Below are positions 9,766-21,223 of a stretch of 64,000 bases of DNA, in pieces; position 1 is the stretch's first letter; each line of letters starts with the position of its first letter. Position numbers and translations under genes: made by a program. The notes beneath the pieces were generated by a model. It was given only the letters and a program-made list of their open reading frames with translations. It was not told the origin of the DNA and did no database searches. The DNA comes from Thermodesulfobacteriota bacterium (lineage in GTDB: Bacteria; Desulfobacterota_D; UBA1144; Nemesobacterales; Mycalebacteriaceae), in contig OZ242184.1 of the NCBI GenBank assembly GCA_965205855.1, positions 992,001-1,056,000 on the forward strand. Direction: 5' to 3'.

Positions 9766-9866
9766 TTAATCACCGCATTATTTAAGGTGATTATAAGACT
9801 TATTCACCCCACGGTCAAAGCAATACCTGCACAATATGCGGTGATTAACGCTGCTATTCACCGCAT
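9766..9866 (-). promoter_or_regulatory. fic promoter with two palindromic operators
   Basis: TTGACC-17bp-TATAAT (9818-9790, minus); GGTGATTA-N7-TATTCACC at 9786-9808 and 9840-9862. Confidence 0.75.
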
Positions 9867-10181
9867 CAATAATTGAATGACCATTTTGCCGAGGTCAGCA
9901 ATATGGTCAGGCAGATGCTTGAGCATATTCATCCAGCCAGCAGAATGTGCAGAATGTGCGGAATGTGTTGACCAGTTTCATCTGCTCGACTGTGCCGCAT
10001 GACTGTGCCGCATAGTGACACCCCGAAAAGGTGACCAGCTCCGATGGCGAATAGAGAACCTGATAGTTTCCGTATAGCTGCATGACCTGTCTTATAACCT
10101 GGTTTCCTCGATAACTGACTTGATTATTCATCCATTCTCCTCTATTTTCAATCCATATATCCAGAGAAGGACATTAAAACT

Positions 10182-10373
10182 ATGCCCAATGATGACATTA
10201 TGACCGTTAAAGAACTCGCCGATTATTTGAAGATTGCGGAGAAAACGGCCTATCGATTCGCATCTGAGGGCAAGGTTCCGGGCTTCAAGGTGGGTAGCGC
10301 ATGGCGGTTTCGAAAGAGCGAGGTAGATCGCTGGATCAGTGAGCAAGAACAAAACAAAGAGGATAAAACATGA
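10182..10373 (+). CDS. Excisionase-like/HTH_17 DNA-binding protein
   Basis: [18 protein letters not shown]....[14 protein letters not shown]; overlaps hsdM start (ATGA). Confidence 0.88.
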   Translation: MPNDDIMTVKELADYLKIAEKTAYRFASEGKVPGFKVGSAWRFRKSEVDRWISEQEQNKEDKT

Positions 10374-11941
10374 CAGGAAACCAACAACGCGCTGCTCTAC
10401 AAGGCCAAATCTGGAAGATCGCCAATGATGTTCGCGGTGCGGTCGATGGCTGGGACTTCAAGCAATATGTTCTCGGCACACTTTTCTACCGTTTTGTCAG
10501 TGAAAACTTTGCCAGCTATATTGAAGCCGATGATGACAGCATCGATTACGCCCGGCTTGCCGATGACGTGATTACGCCAGCAATCAAAGATGACGCCATC
10601 AAAACCAAGGGCTATTTTATCTACCCAGGTCAGCTCTTCGTCAATGTTGCCAAAACCGCCAACACCAATGAAAGCCTGAATACGGATATGGCTGACATTT
10701 TCGCTAAAATTGAGGCCTCGGCCAATGGCTACCCTTCTGAAGGCGACATCAAAGGCCTGTTTGCCGATTTTGACACCACCAGCAACCGCCTTGGCAATAC
10801 GGTAACAGCGAAGAACGCACGACTCGCGGCTGTACTCAAAGGTGTGGCGGGGCTGGAATTTGGCGATTTTCACGGCAGCCAGATTGATCTGTTCGGTGAT
10901 GCCTATGAATATCTCATACACAAGTACGCTGCCAATGCCGGAAAATCAGGCGGCGAATTCTTTACGCCGCAACATGTCTCCAAACTCATTGCCCAGCTTG
11001 CCATGCACAAGCAAACCAGCGTGAATAAAATTTATGACCCCGCCTGCGGTTCTGGCTCCTTGCTGTTACAAGCCAAAAAACATTTTGATGCCCATATTGT
11101 TGAAGAAGGTTTCTTCGGGCAAGAGCTCAACCACACTACCTACAATCTGGCGCGGATGAATATGTTTCTGCACAATATCAATTACGACAAGTTCAATATG
11201 CAGCTAGGCGATACGCTTATCAATCCGCACTTTGGCGAGGATAAACCCTTTGATGCGATTGTTTCCAACCCGCCCTATTCGCTGAAATGGATTGGCTCGG
11301 ACGATCCGACACTGATCAACGATGACCGTTTTGCGCCTGCGGGTGTGCTTGCCCCCAAATCCAAGGCCGACTTTGGCTTTGTTCTTCATGCCTTGAGTTA
11401 TCTTTCCGGCAAGGGCCGTGCGGCGATTGTTTGCTTTCCCGGCATTTTTTACCGTGGGGGCGCAGAACAAAAAATCAGAAAATATCTGGTTGATAACAAC
11501 TATGTGGAAACCGTGATTTCACTCGCGCCCAACCTGTTTTACGGCACCACCATTGCCGTGACGATTTTGGTGCTGGCGAAAAACAAGCCTGACACCAACA
11601 TCCAGTTTATTGATGCCAGCGGTGAAGAATTCTTTAAAAAAGAGACCAACAATAACCTGATGGTTGATGCGCATATTCAAAAGATTATGCAGATGTTCGA
11701 CAGCAAGCTGAAGGTCGGTCACGTGGCCGAAACCGCGCCCTATGAAAAGATTGTTGCCAATGATTACAATCTGTCGGTCAGCTCCTACGTAGAAGCGAAA
11801 GACACAAGAGAGGTGATTGATATCACTGAACTCAATGCAGCAATCAAAACCACCGTTAGTAAGATTGACCAACTGCGTTCCGATATCGATGCCATCGTTG
11901 TGGAGATTGACCTGCCTGCCGGCAGGCAGGAGCATGAGTGA
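10370..11941 (+). CDS. hsdM: Type I R-M methyltransferase subunit (m6A)
   Basis: [22 protein letters not shown]; C-terminus altered by an insertion (LPAGRQEHE). Confidence 0.97.
   Translation: MTGNQQRAALQGQIWKIANDVRGAVDGWDFKQYVLGTLFYRFVSENFASYIEADDDSIDYARLADDVITPAIKDDAIKTKGYFIYPGQLFVNVAKTANTNESLNTDMADIFAKIEASANGYPSEGDIKGLFADFDTTSNRLGNTVTAKNARLAAVLKGVAGLEFGDFHGSQIDLFGDAYEYLIHKYAANAGKSGGEFFTPQHVSKLIAQLAMHKQTSVNKIYDPACGSGSLLLQAKKHFDAHIVEEGFFGQELNHTTYNLARMNMFLHNINYDKFNMQLGDTLINPHFGEDKPFDAIVSNPPYSLKWIGSDDPTLINDDRFAPAGVLAPKSKADFGFVLHALSYLSGKGRAAIVCFPGIFYRGGAEQKIRKYLVDNNYVETVISLAPNLFYGTTIAVTILVLAKNKPDTNIQFIDASGEEFFKKETNNNLMVDAHIQKIMQMFDSKLKVGHVAETAPYEKIVANDYNLSVSSYVEAKDTREVIDITELNAAIKTTVSKIDQLRSDIDAIVVEIDLPAGRQEHE
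11911..11930. repeat. Perfect 20-bp palindrome CCTGCCTGCCGGCAGGCAGG
   Basis: Identical to its reverse complement. Confidence 0.98.
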
Positions 11942-12192
11942 TGTTTTACACATATATTTTACTATGCAGTAATGGTTCTTATTACAAAGGTTTCACAAAT
12001 GACCTTGAGAAGCGCTATCAGCAACATTTAAACGGCACTGGTGCAAAACATACAGCAAAGCATAGGCCCATAAAAATAGCTTACTATGAAACCTATAAAA
12101 CAGAACAAGAAGCAGTTGCGCGTGAAAAGTATTTTAAGTCTGGTTCTGGTCGTGAATGGTTAAAGCAACATATTGAAGGGCTAGAATCATGA
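11941..12192 (+). CDS. Small GIY-YIG nuclease
   Basis: FYTYIL..YYKGFT.DL.KR..QH..G, HRP, EAVAREKYFKSGSGR; ATG 11941 is 8 nt after AGGAG (GTG 11938 is an alternative start). Confidence 0.9.
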   Translation: MFYTYILLCSNGSYYKGFTNDLEKRYQQHLNGTGAKHTAKHRPIKIAYYETYKTEQEAVAREKYFKSGSGREWLKQHIEGLES

Positions 12193-12332
12193 GCAATGTG
12201 AGTTACATGGAGAAACTGCTGGATGGTGCCGAGGTGGACTGGAACGCAGTGGATAAAGATGAGCATCTTTCTGCCATGCAGCGCATCTGGCTGGATCTGA
12301 TTCTTAAAGCAGAAAGGGAACTATATACTTGA
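12189..12332 (+). pseudogene. Chimeric scar: hsdS N-terminus fused to fic-like fragments (47 aa)
   Basis: MSNVSYMEKLLDGAEVDW + NAVDKDEHLSAMQR + IWLDLILKAE. Confidence 0.7.
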
Positions 12333-12362
12333 CGCTCCCCCAGCTAAAGCAGGGGAGCTCCT
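12329..12362 (+). mobile_element. IS200/IS605-type end hairpin remnant
   Basis: TTGAC followed by GCTCCCC-CAGCTAAAGCA-GGGGAGC; no tnpA/tnpB nearby. Confidence 0.45.
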
Positions 12363-12451
12363 GAAAGAACGGAGTTTCTCGCGGATAAAGCTGGTCAGAC
12401 TTTTGATGTAACGCCCTTCACGTTTTTTCTATAGATATCTTTGATAATTAC

Positions 12452-12481
12452 ATGATAAAGTACGGCTTTGCCGTATATAAT
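12452..12481 (+). promoter_or_regulatory. TA promoter and operator
   Basis: TACGGC-TTT-GCCGTA palindrome 12461-12475 immediately before TATAAT (12476-12481); ATG 6 nt later. Confidence 0.7.
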
Positions 12482-12487
12482 TAACCC

Positions 12488-12796
12488 ATGAACACAATCA
12501 TCGAAACCAGGGGATTCAGCGCAAAGGCAACTAAAATTTGGACATCAGTACAATATGAAAATTTTGTTTTGTACATTGCCGAAAACCCTGACGCTGGTAA
12601 AGTGGTTTCCGGTTCTGGTGGAGTAAGAAAGATTCGCTGGGATAAAGAAGGCGGAGGAAAACAAGGTGGGGTACGAGTCATTTATTTTAATAGTTCTGAC
12701 CAAAAAACATGGCTTCTTACCCTGTACGCAAAAAATGAACGTGAAAATATTCCGGCTCATGAATTAAAGAGAATTAAGGAGGCTATCAATGGCTAA
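12488..12796 (+). CDS. RelE/HigB-like toxin
   Basis: NPDAGKVVSGSGGVRKIRW..GKQGGVRVIY..LLTLYAKNE; toxin-first order. Confidence 0.88.
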   Translation: MNTIIETRGFSAKATKIWTSVQYENFVLYIAENPDAGKVVSGSGGVRKIRWDKEGGGKQGGVRVIYFNSSDQKTWLLTLYAKNERENIPAHELKRIKEAING

Positions 12797-13076
12797 GGCT
12801 AAGAAAATGAGTAAAGCTGGACAAGAACTACTTGATGATGTGCGAGCTATCAAAGCTGGCGCACCGGCTAAAGTCTGGACACCAGAAAAGTTGCTTGTTA
12901 TTTCTGTTAGAAAGCAGCTAAAAAAATCACAGCTATCCTTTTCAAAATTGTTGGGTGTCCCTTTAGGCACAATCAGAGATTGGGAACAAGGACGTAAGCA
13001 GCCTGACAGTGCTGCGGTAACTCTCATTAAGGTCGCTCAAAAAAACCCTAAAGTATTAGAGGAAGTCTCTGGTTAA
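12789..13076 (+). CDS. HigA-like XRE HTH antitoxin
   Basis: SQLSFSKLLGVPLGTIRDWEQGRKQP; overlaps toxin. Confidence 0.88.
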   Translation: MAKAKKMSKAGQELLDDVRAIKAGAPAKVWTPEKLLVISVRKQLKKSQLSFSKLLGVPLGTIRDWEQGRKQPDSAAVTLIKVAQKNPKVLEEVSG

Positions 13077-13116
13077 TGTAACGACAAAAAAGTTAGCTAA
13101 GAAATTAAGACAAATT

Positions 13117-14304
13117 ATGAGCAAAATTGATGAATTGATAAACGAACATTGCCCGGATGGGGTGGAATATACAACTCTAGGAGGAATAGGTAAGTTATCA
13201 AGAGGACGCGTAATGTCAAAGGATTATCTGCGGGATAATGCTGGAGAATATCCCGTTTATTCTTCGCAAACAGCCAGCAATGGAGTGTTTGGTCGAATTA
13301 ACACTTACGACCAAGATGGAACATTCATAACATGGACAACTGACGGTGCGAATGCTGGTTCAATTTTTTTTCGTGAGAATGAAAAGTTTAGTATCACAAA
13401 TGTTTGTGGTTTGATCAGCAATAGTTCGCCGGAAAAAATTGATCTCAAATTTCTTTATTATGTCTTATGTGTTACCGCAAAAAGTTATGTGTATAGCGGC
13501 ATGGGCAACCCAAAGCTCATGAGTAATGTAATGTCCACGATTAAGGTTCCCCTCCCCCCCCTTCCGGTACAACAAGAAATCGTGCGGATTCTGGACGCAT
13601 TTACCTCCCTTACAGCCGAGCTTACAGCCGAGCTTACAGCCGAGCTTACAGCCCGCAAAAAACAATACAACTATTATCGTGATCAACTGCTGAGTTTTGA
13701 TGGGTCTGATATATTCGAAGATTTAGGAAAGGTTTGTCATGTCTCCTCGGGCGGCACTCCATCAAGATCTAAAAGAGAATTTTGGGAAAATGGTAATGTT
13801 CCTTGGCTCAAATCCGAGTCATGTAATAATGAGTCCGTTTATTATGCAGATAATTTCATAACAGAGTTGGGATTAAAGAACTCTAGCGCCAAACTATTAG
13901 AAAAAGACACTGTTTTGATCGCCTTAGTTGGTGCCACCATTTTCAAAACTGCTTACCTAGAATTTGAAGGTACAACTAATCAAAATATTGCAAACATCAA
14001 ATCAATAGATCACAACGTGCTAAATAATAAGTTTGTTTTTTATTACATAACAAATTTGTACAGCGAACTAAAGTCCAAGATGCGTAATTATGGGATGCTA
14101 AATTTATCAACACTGAAACAGTTCAAAATCCCCATCCCGCCACTTCCGGTACAGGAAGAAATTGTTGCCATACTCGATAAATTTGATGCGCTGACAAACT
14201 CTATTAGCGAAGGTTTGCCGCGTGAAATTGAATTACGAAACAAGCAATATGAATACTACCGCGACCTGCTTTTGAGCTTCCCCAAACCTGAGGCGGCAGC
14301 GTAG
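13117..14304 (+). CDS. hsdS: Type I R-M specificity subunit (IC-like)
   Basis: Two TRDs, two P(L/I)PPLPVQ.EIV.ILD conserved repeats, TAEL repeats, RKKQYNYYRD/RNKQYEYYRD. Confidence 0.95.
   Translation: MSKIDELINEHCPDGVEYTTLGGIGKLSRGRVMSKDYLRDNAGEYPVYSSQTASNGVFGRINTYDQDGTFITWTTDGANAGSIFFRENEKFSITNVCGLISNSSPEKIDLKFLYYVLCVTAKSYVYSGMGNPKLMSNVMSTIKVPLPPLPVQQEIVRILDAFTSLTAELTAELTAELTARKKQYNYYRDQLLSFDGSDIFEDLGKVCHVSSGGTPSRSKREFWENGNVPWLKSESCNNESVYYADNFITELGLKNSSAKLLEKDTVLIALVGATIFKTAYLEFEGTTNQNIANIKSIDHNVLNNKFVFYYITNLYSELKSKMRNYGMLNLSTLKQFKIPIPPLPVQEEIVAILDKFDALTNSISEGLPREIELRNKQYEYYRDLLLSFPKPEAAA
13609..13653 (+). repeat. 12-bp tandem repeat CTTACAGCCGAG x3.75 (TAEL spacer)
   Basis: Read directly in hsdS. 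Confidence 0.95.
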
Positions 14305-14305
14305 G

Positions 14306-14430
14306 ATGAGCCGGACACTATCTAATGAGACCGTTGCGGAGCCAACGCTGCAAGAAAAGCAAACCGTTGCTTTTCTTTTGAAGCACTTGCTTAAAGAATA
14401 TAATATCAAACAGACTGGCGAACAGAAATA

Positions 14431-14431
<1 letters not shown>
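14306..14431 (+). pseudogene. 41-aa internally deleted remnant of a PrrC-like gene
   Basis: MSRTL fused to [28 protein letters not shown]; sits between hsdS and hsdR; stop overlaps hsdR ATG. Confidence 0.55.
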
Positions 14432-17532
<3,101 letters not shown>

Positions 17533-17535
17533 AAA

Positions 17536-17710
17536 AACGATGACCTAAAGCTGCTGAGCCTTGTAAAGAAGGGCCTCAGCCTCCCTACTCCGAACCAGCC
17601 CCCTGAGTTTGCGACCACCCGCCCGGACCCGGCGCATGAACTGCTCAGGCACCTCGCCATGTTCCTCGCGGTTGATTTTACGGCGCAGTGTTGAGCGCTG
17701 GAGTGCTCCG
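17536..17710 (+). pseudogene. Possible collapsed C-terminus of a large serine recombinase
   Basis: DLKLLSLVKKG..QPPEF..LLRHL..VDFTAQC*AL loosely resembles the QPP.LT..L..LP.DW..QR..LG tail recalled for such recombinases. Confidence 0.3.
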
Positions 17711-17871
17711 CCGCCGAGATATCCGCCAATGTTACCAAACAGGTGAAATATGTCAGTCCGATATGGGGTGTTTTTATAGAGAGCAAGTCAATTGCAAACA
17801 GCAAAGAAGCCCGCAAATGCTGGACTTTTCAGGTTAGTCATCAAACGACATATGAGGGTTTGTTTGTAGTC

Positions 17872-17964
<93 letters not shown>

Positions 17965-18019
17965 GTCTGAAGCGATTAATATTAACCTAATCGGGCAAAT
18001 CCTGAAACCGGCGGTGACT

Positions 18020-19426
18020 TTAATTCTTCTCCTTGTTTTCAAAAGAGATTTGAAGCAGGCGAAGAACGGACTTTTCTCCGTTCTTAACTCGCAACGGGAT
18101 ATCACCGGGAATTTCAAGCAGGTCTCCCGCAGACAATGTTACGCTCTTATTGCCAAGCGTAGCTTCCGCGTGTCCTTCGAGAACAAACATATACCCGTCG
18201 GACACTTGCGGGGCGTATTCCATCTTCTCAAACACACGGACATTGCTGACCGAAAAAACCCGTCCCTTTTCCACAAAATCCCGCGAACCCCATATGTCCT
18301 CGGTGCGCGCGTGGTTAACGGTTTCGGTCCTTCCCGAGCGTATCAAACCGTCAACAACGGTTTTGATTTCCGTACTGCGTTTTATGTCGGATACAAGAAG
18401 AGCGTCTCCCTCATCAACAATCGCAATCCCCTTGAGCCCGTTGGCGACAACCAGCCTGCCGCCCGCCGCGCGCACCAGACAGTCTTCACAATCTTCAAGC
18501 ACCGCATCACCCGTGGCGACATTGCCACCCTTCTTCTTTTTTGAGAATTTATGGACCGCTTCCCACGAGCCTATATCGCTCCATAGAAAACTTGCCGGAA
18601 CAACCGCTCCGAGATCCGTTTTCTCCATAACAGCAAAGTCCATTGATATATCCGGAGCGCGCGCATAGCTGTCCGCATCCGGAACACCAGAGGCGTTTTC
18701 TTTTGAAAGCGACTTCCGCACGGCGGAAAAAACCTGCGGGGCATGCTGCTTCAATTGCTCAATCATAACGCGCCCCTTGAAAACAAAGATTCCACAGTTC
18801 CACAGAAAAGAGTCTTTTACATATTTTTTCGCCTTCCGAAGATCGGGCTTTTCCGCAAAGTGCTTTATTGAAAAAACATTGCCTCCGCATTCGGGCAGAG
18901 TTTCTCCTTTCTGGATATAGCCGTATCCGGTATCGGGAAATGCCGGCTCAACTCCAATAGTTGCTATAAAACCTTTTCTCGCCGCGGCGATGGAGGTTGT
19001 CAGCGCTTTCCAGAAAAGATCGCTCTCGCCGATTAAATGGTCAGAGGGGGAAACCACAAAAACAGCGTCTTCGTCTTCCGGCAATTCACCCATGGCCCGC
19101 ATAACTCCCAAGGCTATTGCCGGCGCGGTGTTTCTTGAAAGCGGTTCCGGAACAAGGCTGACCCTCGCGCCTCCAAAGTCCATTCTGTCCAAATGGGAAC
19201 GGAAAACCTCTCTGTGGGAAGCGCCAAGAAGCACCGATATCTCCGGTGATACATCCCTGGAAGACAAAAGTTTGATTGCCGACCCCAGAAGAGACAAACC
19301 CTCTCCTGGCGAAAAAAGCGGTTTTGGATAAAGGCGACGGGACGAGGGCCAGAGTCTTTTGCCCGACCCTCCCGCCATAAGGAAGTATAATGTGCGAATG
19401 TTTTCCGAGTCGTTTGGGAGGGTCAT
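18020..19426 (-). CDS. manC: Mannose-1-phosphate guanylyltransferase with degenerate C-terminal cupin
   Basis: MAGGSGKRLWPSSR..PK, EP.SRNTAPAI, PSDH, TGYGYI, FAEKP, WSDIGSW. Confidence 0.9.
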   Translation of the reverse strand: MTLPNDSENIRTLYFLMAGGSGKRLWPSSRRLYPKPLFSPGEGLSLLGSAIKLLSSRDVSPEISVLLGASHREVFRSHLDRMDFGGARVSLVPEPLSRNTAPAIALGVMRAMGELPEDEDAVFVVSPSDHLIGESDLFWKALTTSIAAARKGFIATIGVEPAFPDTGYGYIQKGETLPECGGNVFSIKHFAEKPDLRKAKKYVKDSFLWNCGIFVFKGRVMIEQLKQHAPQVFSAVRKSLSKENASGVPDADSYARAPDISMDFAVMEKTDLGAVVPASFLWSDIGSWEAVHKFSKKKKGGNVATGDAVLEDCEDCLVRAAGGRLVVANGLKGIAIVDEGDALLVSDIKRSTEIKTVVDGLIRSGRTETVNHARTEDIWGSRDFVEKGRVFSVSNVRVFEKMEYAPQVSDGYMFVLEGHAEATLGNKSVTLSAGDLLEIPGDIPLRVKNGEKSVLRLLQISFENKEKN

Positions 19427-20916
19427 TTTTCTACATCCTGATGGGAAGGACGCAACAAGTCAAAAACTTCCTTGACCGGATTGAAGTCCGAGTCCGGAAT
19501 TTCCGCAAACACAGTGTTCCATCCGGACATTCCACCGTTCCAGAGTCCGGGCAACTCAAGGGCTCTGACAGGACGCCCGGCGAACATCTTTTCCGTAATC
19601 ATAAAAACTTTGTCGCCGTATTCACGGAGGTTGAACCGCTCGCCGTTGCGGGCTTTCATAAAGCAAATCATATCAACCGGATTGAAATGCGTTAAAGATT
19701 TGCTTATCCCGTCCTGAACCGAACAGTCCGAACGAATTTGAACTGACTCCACAATCTGAGGGGATATTCGTCCGAAACCGTCTTTCGCCCAAAAAGGCCC
19801 GCCACCCGGCTCTCCGGTGTTCTTTACTACCCCACAGACTCTGAGAGGCCTGTCCAGAGCGTCTTTGAAAAAACTGAGAAGATCTTCCGGAGACTCATTC
19901 TCTCCGCGAGGTAAAAAGCCGAACTTCAAACAGAAACTCCGGGCTTTGCAAATTGTATCACGCCCCGGACTTCCTTTTTCCAGTTCGGACAACAGAGCGC
20001 GTATACTGTCAGCGGTCTCAATAAGCAGACCGGCAAGCGCCTTTCTCCAAAACGCGGGAGGTCGAGAAACCCGGCTGCCGTGGGCGATGTTATCTATATT
20101 GGAGATAAAAACCATGTCCGCACAGACGGCGCTTAAGTTGTCAAGAAGCGCCCCGTGTCCCGCGGGACGAAAGACAAGACCGCCGGACTCATCGGTAAGA
20201 AGATTTCCCGAAACATCAAGGGCAACAGTGTCAGTTTCAGGTTTCTGAAAAGAGAGAGAAACTTCCGTTTTTTCTCTGCTGCGCGTAGCGGCGCGGATAT
20301 GCTCCTCCGCTACGTCGAGAAAATGCTGAGGAACCGTGAAGTGAACCCTGCACACGCCGTCCGGTCCGCGTGCATAGAAGTTTGCAAAGTCCATTTGCTC
20401 TTCAAAAGCAGTTTTGGAAAAGTCTCCGTAACGGTGGAACTTCACAAGCCCCTTGGGAATATCTTTATATCCAAGACCTTCGGGTGAAAGGACAAGATTC
20501 GCAATGTCGCCGTGACTGTGAAAATCGGCAATCGGCTCAATGCCGCCGCGTTTTGCCAAGACAGTTTTTAAGTCGTCAAAAAAAGCGAAGCGTTCAATGT
20601 TTCCGGCAAAACTCTCAAGGGATTTTCTATCTCCGGAAATCAGGCGCGAAAACATCCTGCTTGCCGCTCCCGAAGCGGGAATAAAAGCGACCGGAATCAG
20701 ATCTTGAGCAACGCGCTTTTCATACAGCTCACAGTAGAGGCGGGTTTGCGGCGCAGACATTGCGACAATTCCGTCTCCGACAGCGCAGGCTCTGTCCAGA
20801 TAAACAAAAGACAGCGGAGTTTTCAGGGTTTCCGCCATCGATAGAACGGCACTACGTGAAACGCCTCTTTTTTCAAGCTGTTTTTCGGCCTTTTCGCCAA
20901 GGACTGGTTTGTTCAT
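19423..20916 (-). CDS. DUF4301 family protein (nucleotidyltransferase-like)
   Basis: FIPASGAASRMF, PKGL..FH.Y, FRPAGHGALL, NIDN, RVCGVVKNTGEPGGGPFW, THFNPVD, LELPGLWNG, FNPVK. Confidence 0.88.
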   Translation of the reverse strand: MNKPVLGEKAEKQLEKRGVSRSAVLSMAETLKTPLSFVYLDRACAVGDGIVAMSAPQTRLYCELYEKRVAQDLIPVAFIPASGAASRMFSRLISGDRKSLESFAGNIERFAFFDDLKTVLAKRGGIEPIADFHSHGDIANLVLSPEGLGYKDIPKGLVKFHRYGDFSKTAFEEQMDFANFYARGPDGVCRVHFTVPQHFLDVAEEHIRAATRSREKTEVSLSFQKPETDTVALDVSGNLLTDESGGLVFRPAGHGALLDNLSAVCADMVFISNIDNIAHGSRVSRPPAFWRKALAGLLIETADSIRALLSELEKGSPGRDTICKARSFCLKFGFLPRGENESPEDLLSFFKDALDRPLRVCGVVKNTGEPGGGPFWAKDGFGRISPQIVESVQIRSDCSVQDGISKSLTHFNPVDMICFMKARNGERFNLREYGDKVFMITEKMFAGRPVRALELPGLWNGGMSGWNTVFAEIPDSDFNPVKEVFDLLRPSHQDVEK

Positions 20917-20926
20917 AAATTATACA

Positions 20927-21005
20927 TGGCGGCGCCGACGGGACTTGAACCCGCGGCCTCTGCCTTGACAGGGCAGCGCTCTAAACCAAACTGAGCTACG
21001 GCGCC
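20927..21005 (-). tRNA. tRNA-Asp(GTC)
   Basis: CTGCC-CTGTCAA-GGCAG anticodon arm, GGTTCAAGTCC, CCA. Confidence 0.96.
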
Positions 21006-21040
21006 ATTTTTAAATGCTGTCCACACCGGACGGACCCGCA

Positions 21041-21115
21041 TGGTGGGCGGTACCGGATTTGAACCAGTGACATCCTGCTTGTAAGGCAGGCGCTCTCCCG
21101 CTGAGCTAACCGCCC
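21041..21115 (-). tRNA. tRNA-Val(TAC)
   Basis: CCTGC-CTTACAA-GCAGG anticodon arm, GGTTCAAATCC, CCA. Confidence 0.97.
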
Positions 21116-21223
21116 GCTCAAGTAAACGGGGTTTTACTTTAACTGAAAAGAACAATAAGAAAAGAAGATTAATATTTGCCGCTAATTTTCTATTTTTACA
21201 AAGATCGTAGAAATTAAGGATGT

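Noticed and set aside
9907-10131. 74-aa minus-strand ORF
   Set aside because: No recognisable motif and built on DNA repeats; not called as a CDS
13609-13653. Tandem repeat as a possible CRISPR or VNTR element
   Set aside because: No spacers; it is the known hsdS TAEL repeat. No CRISPR array was seen in the window
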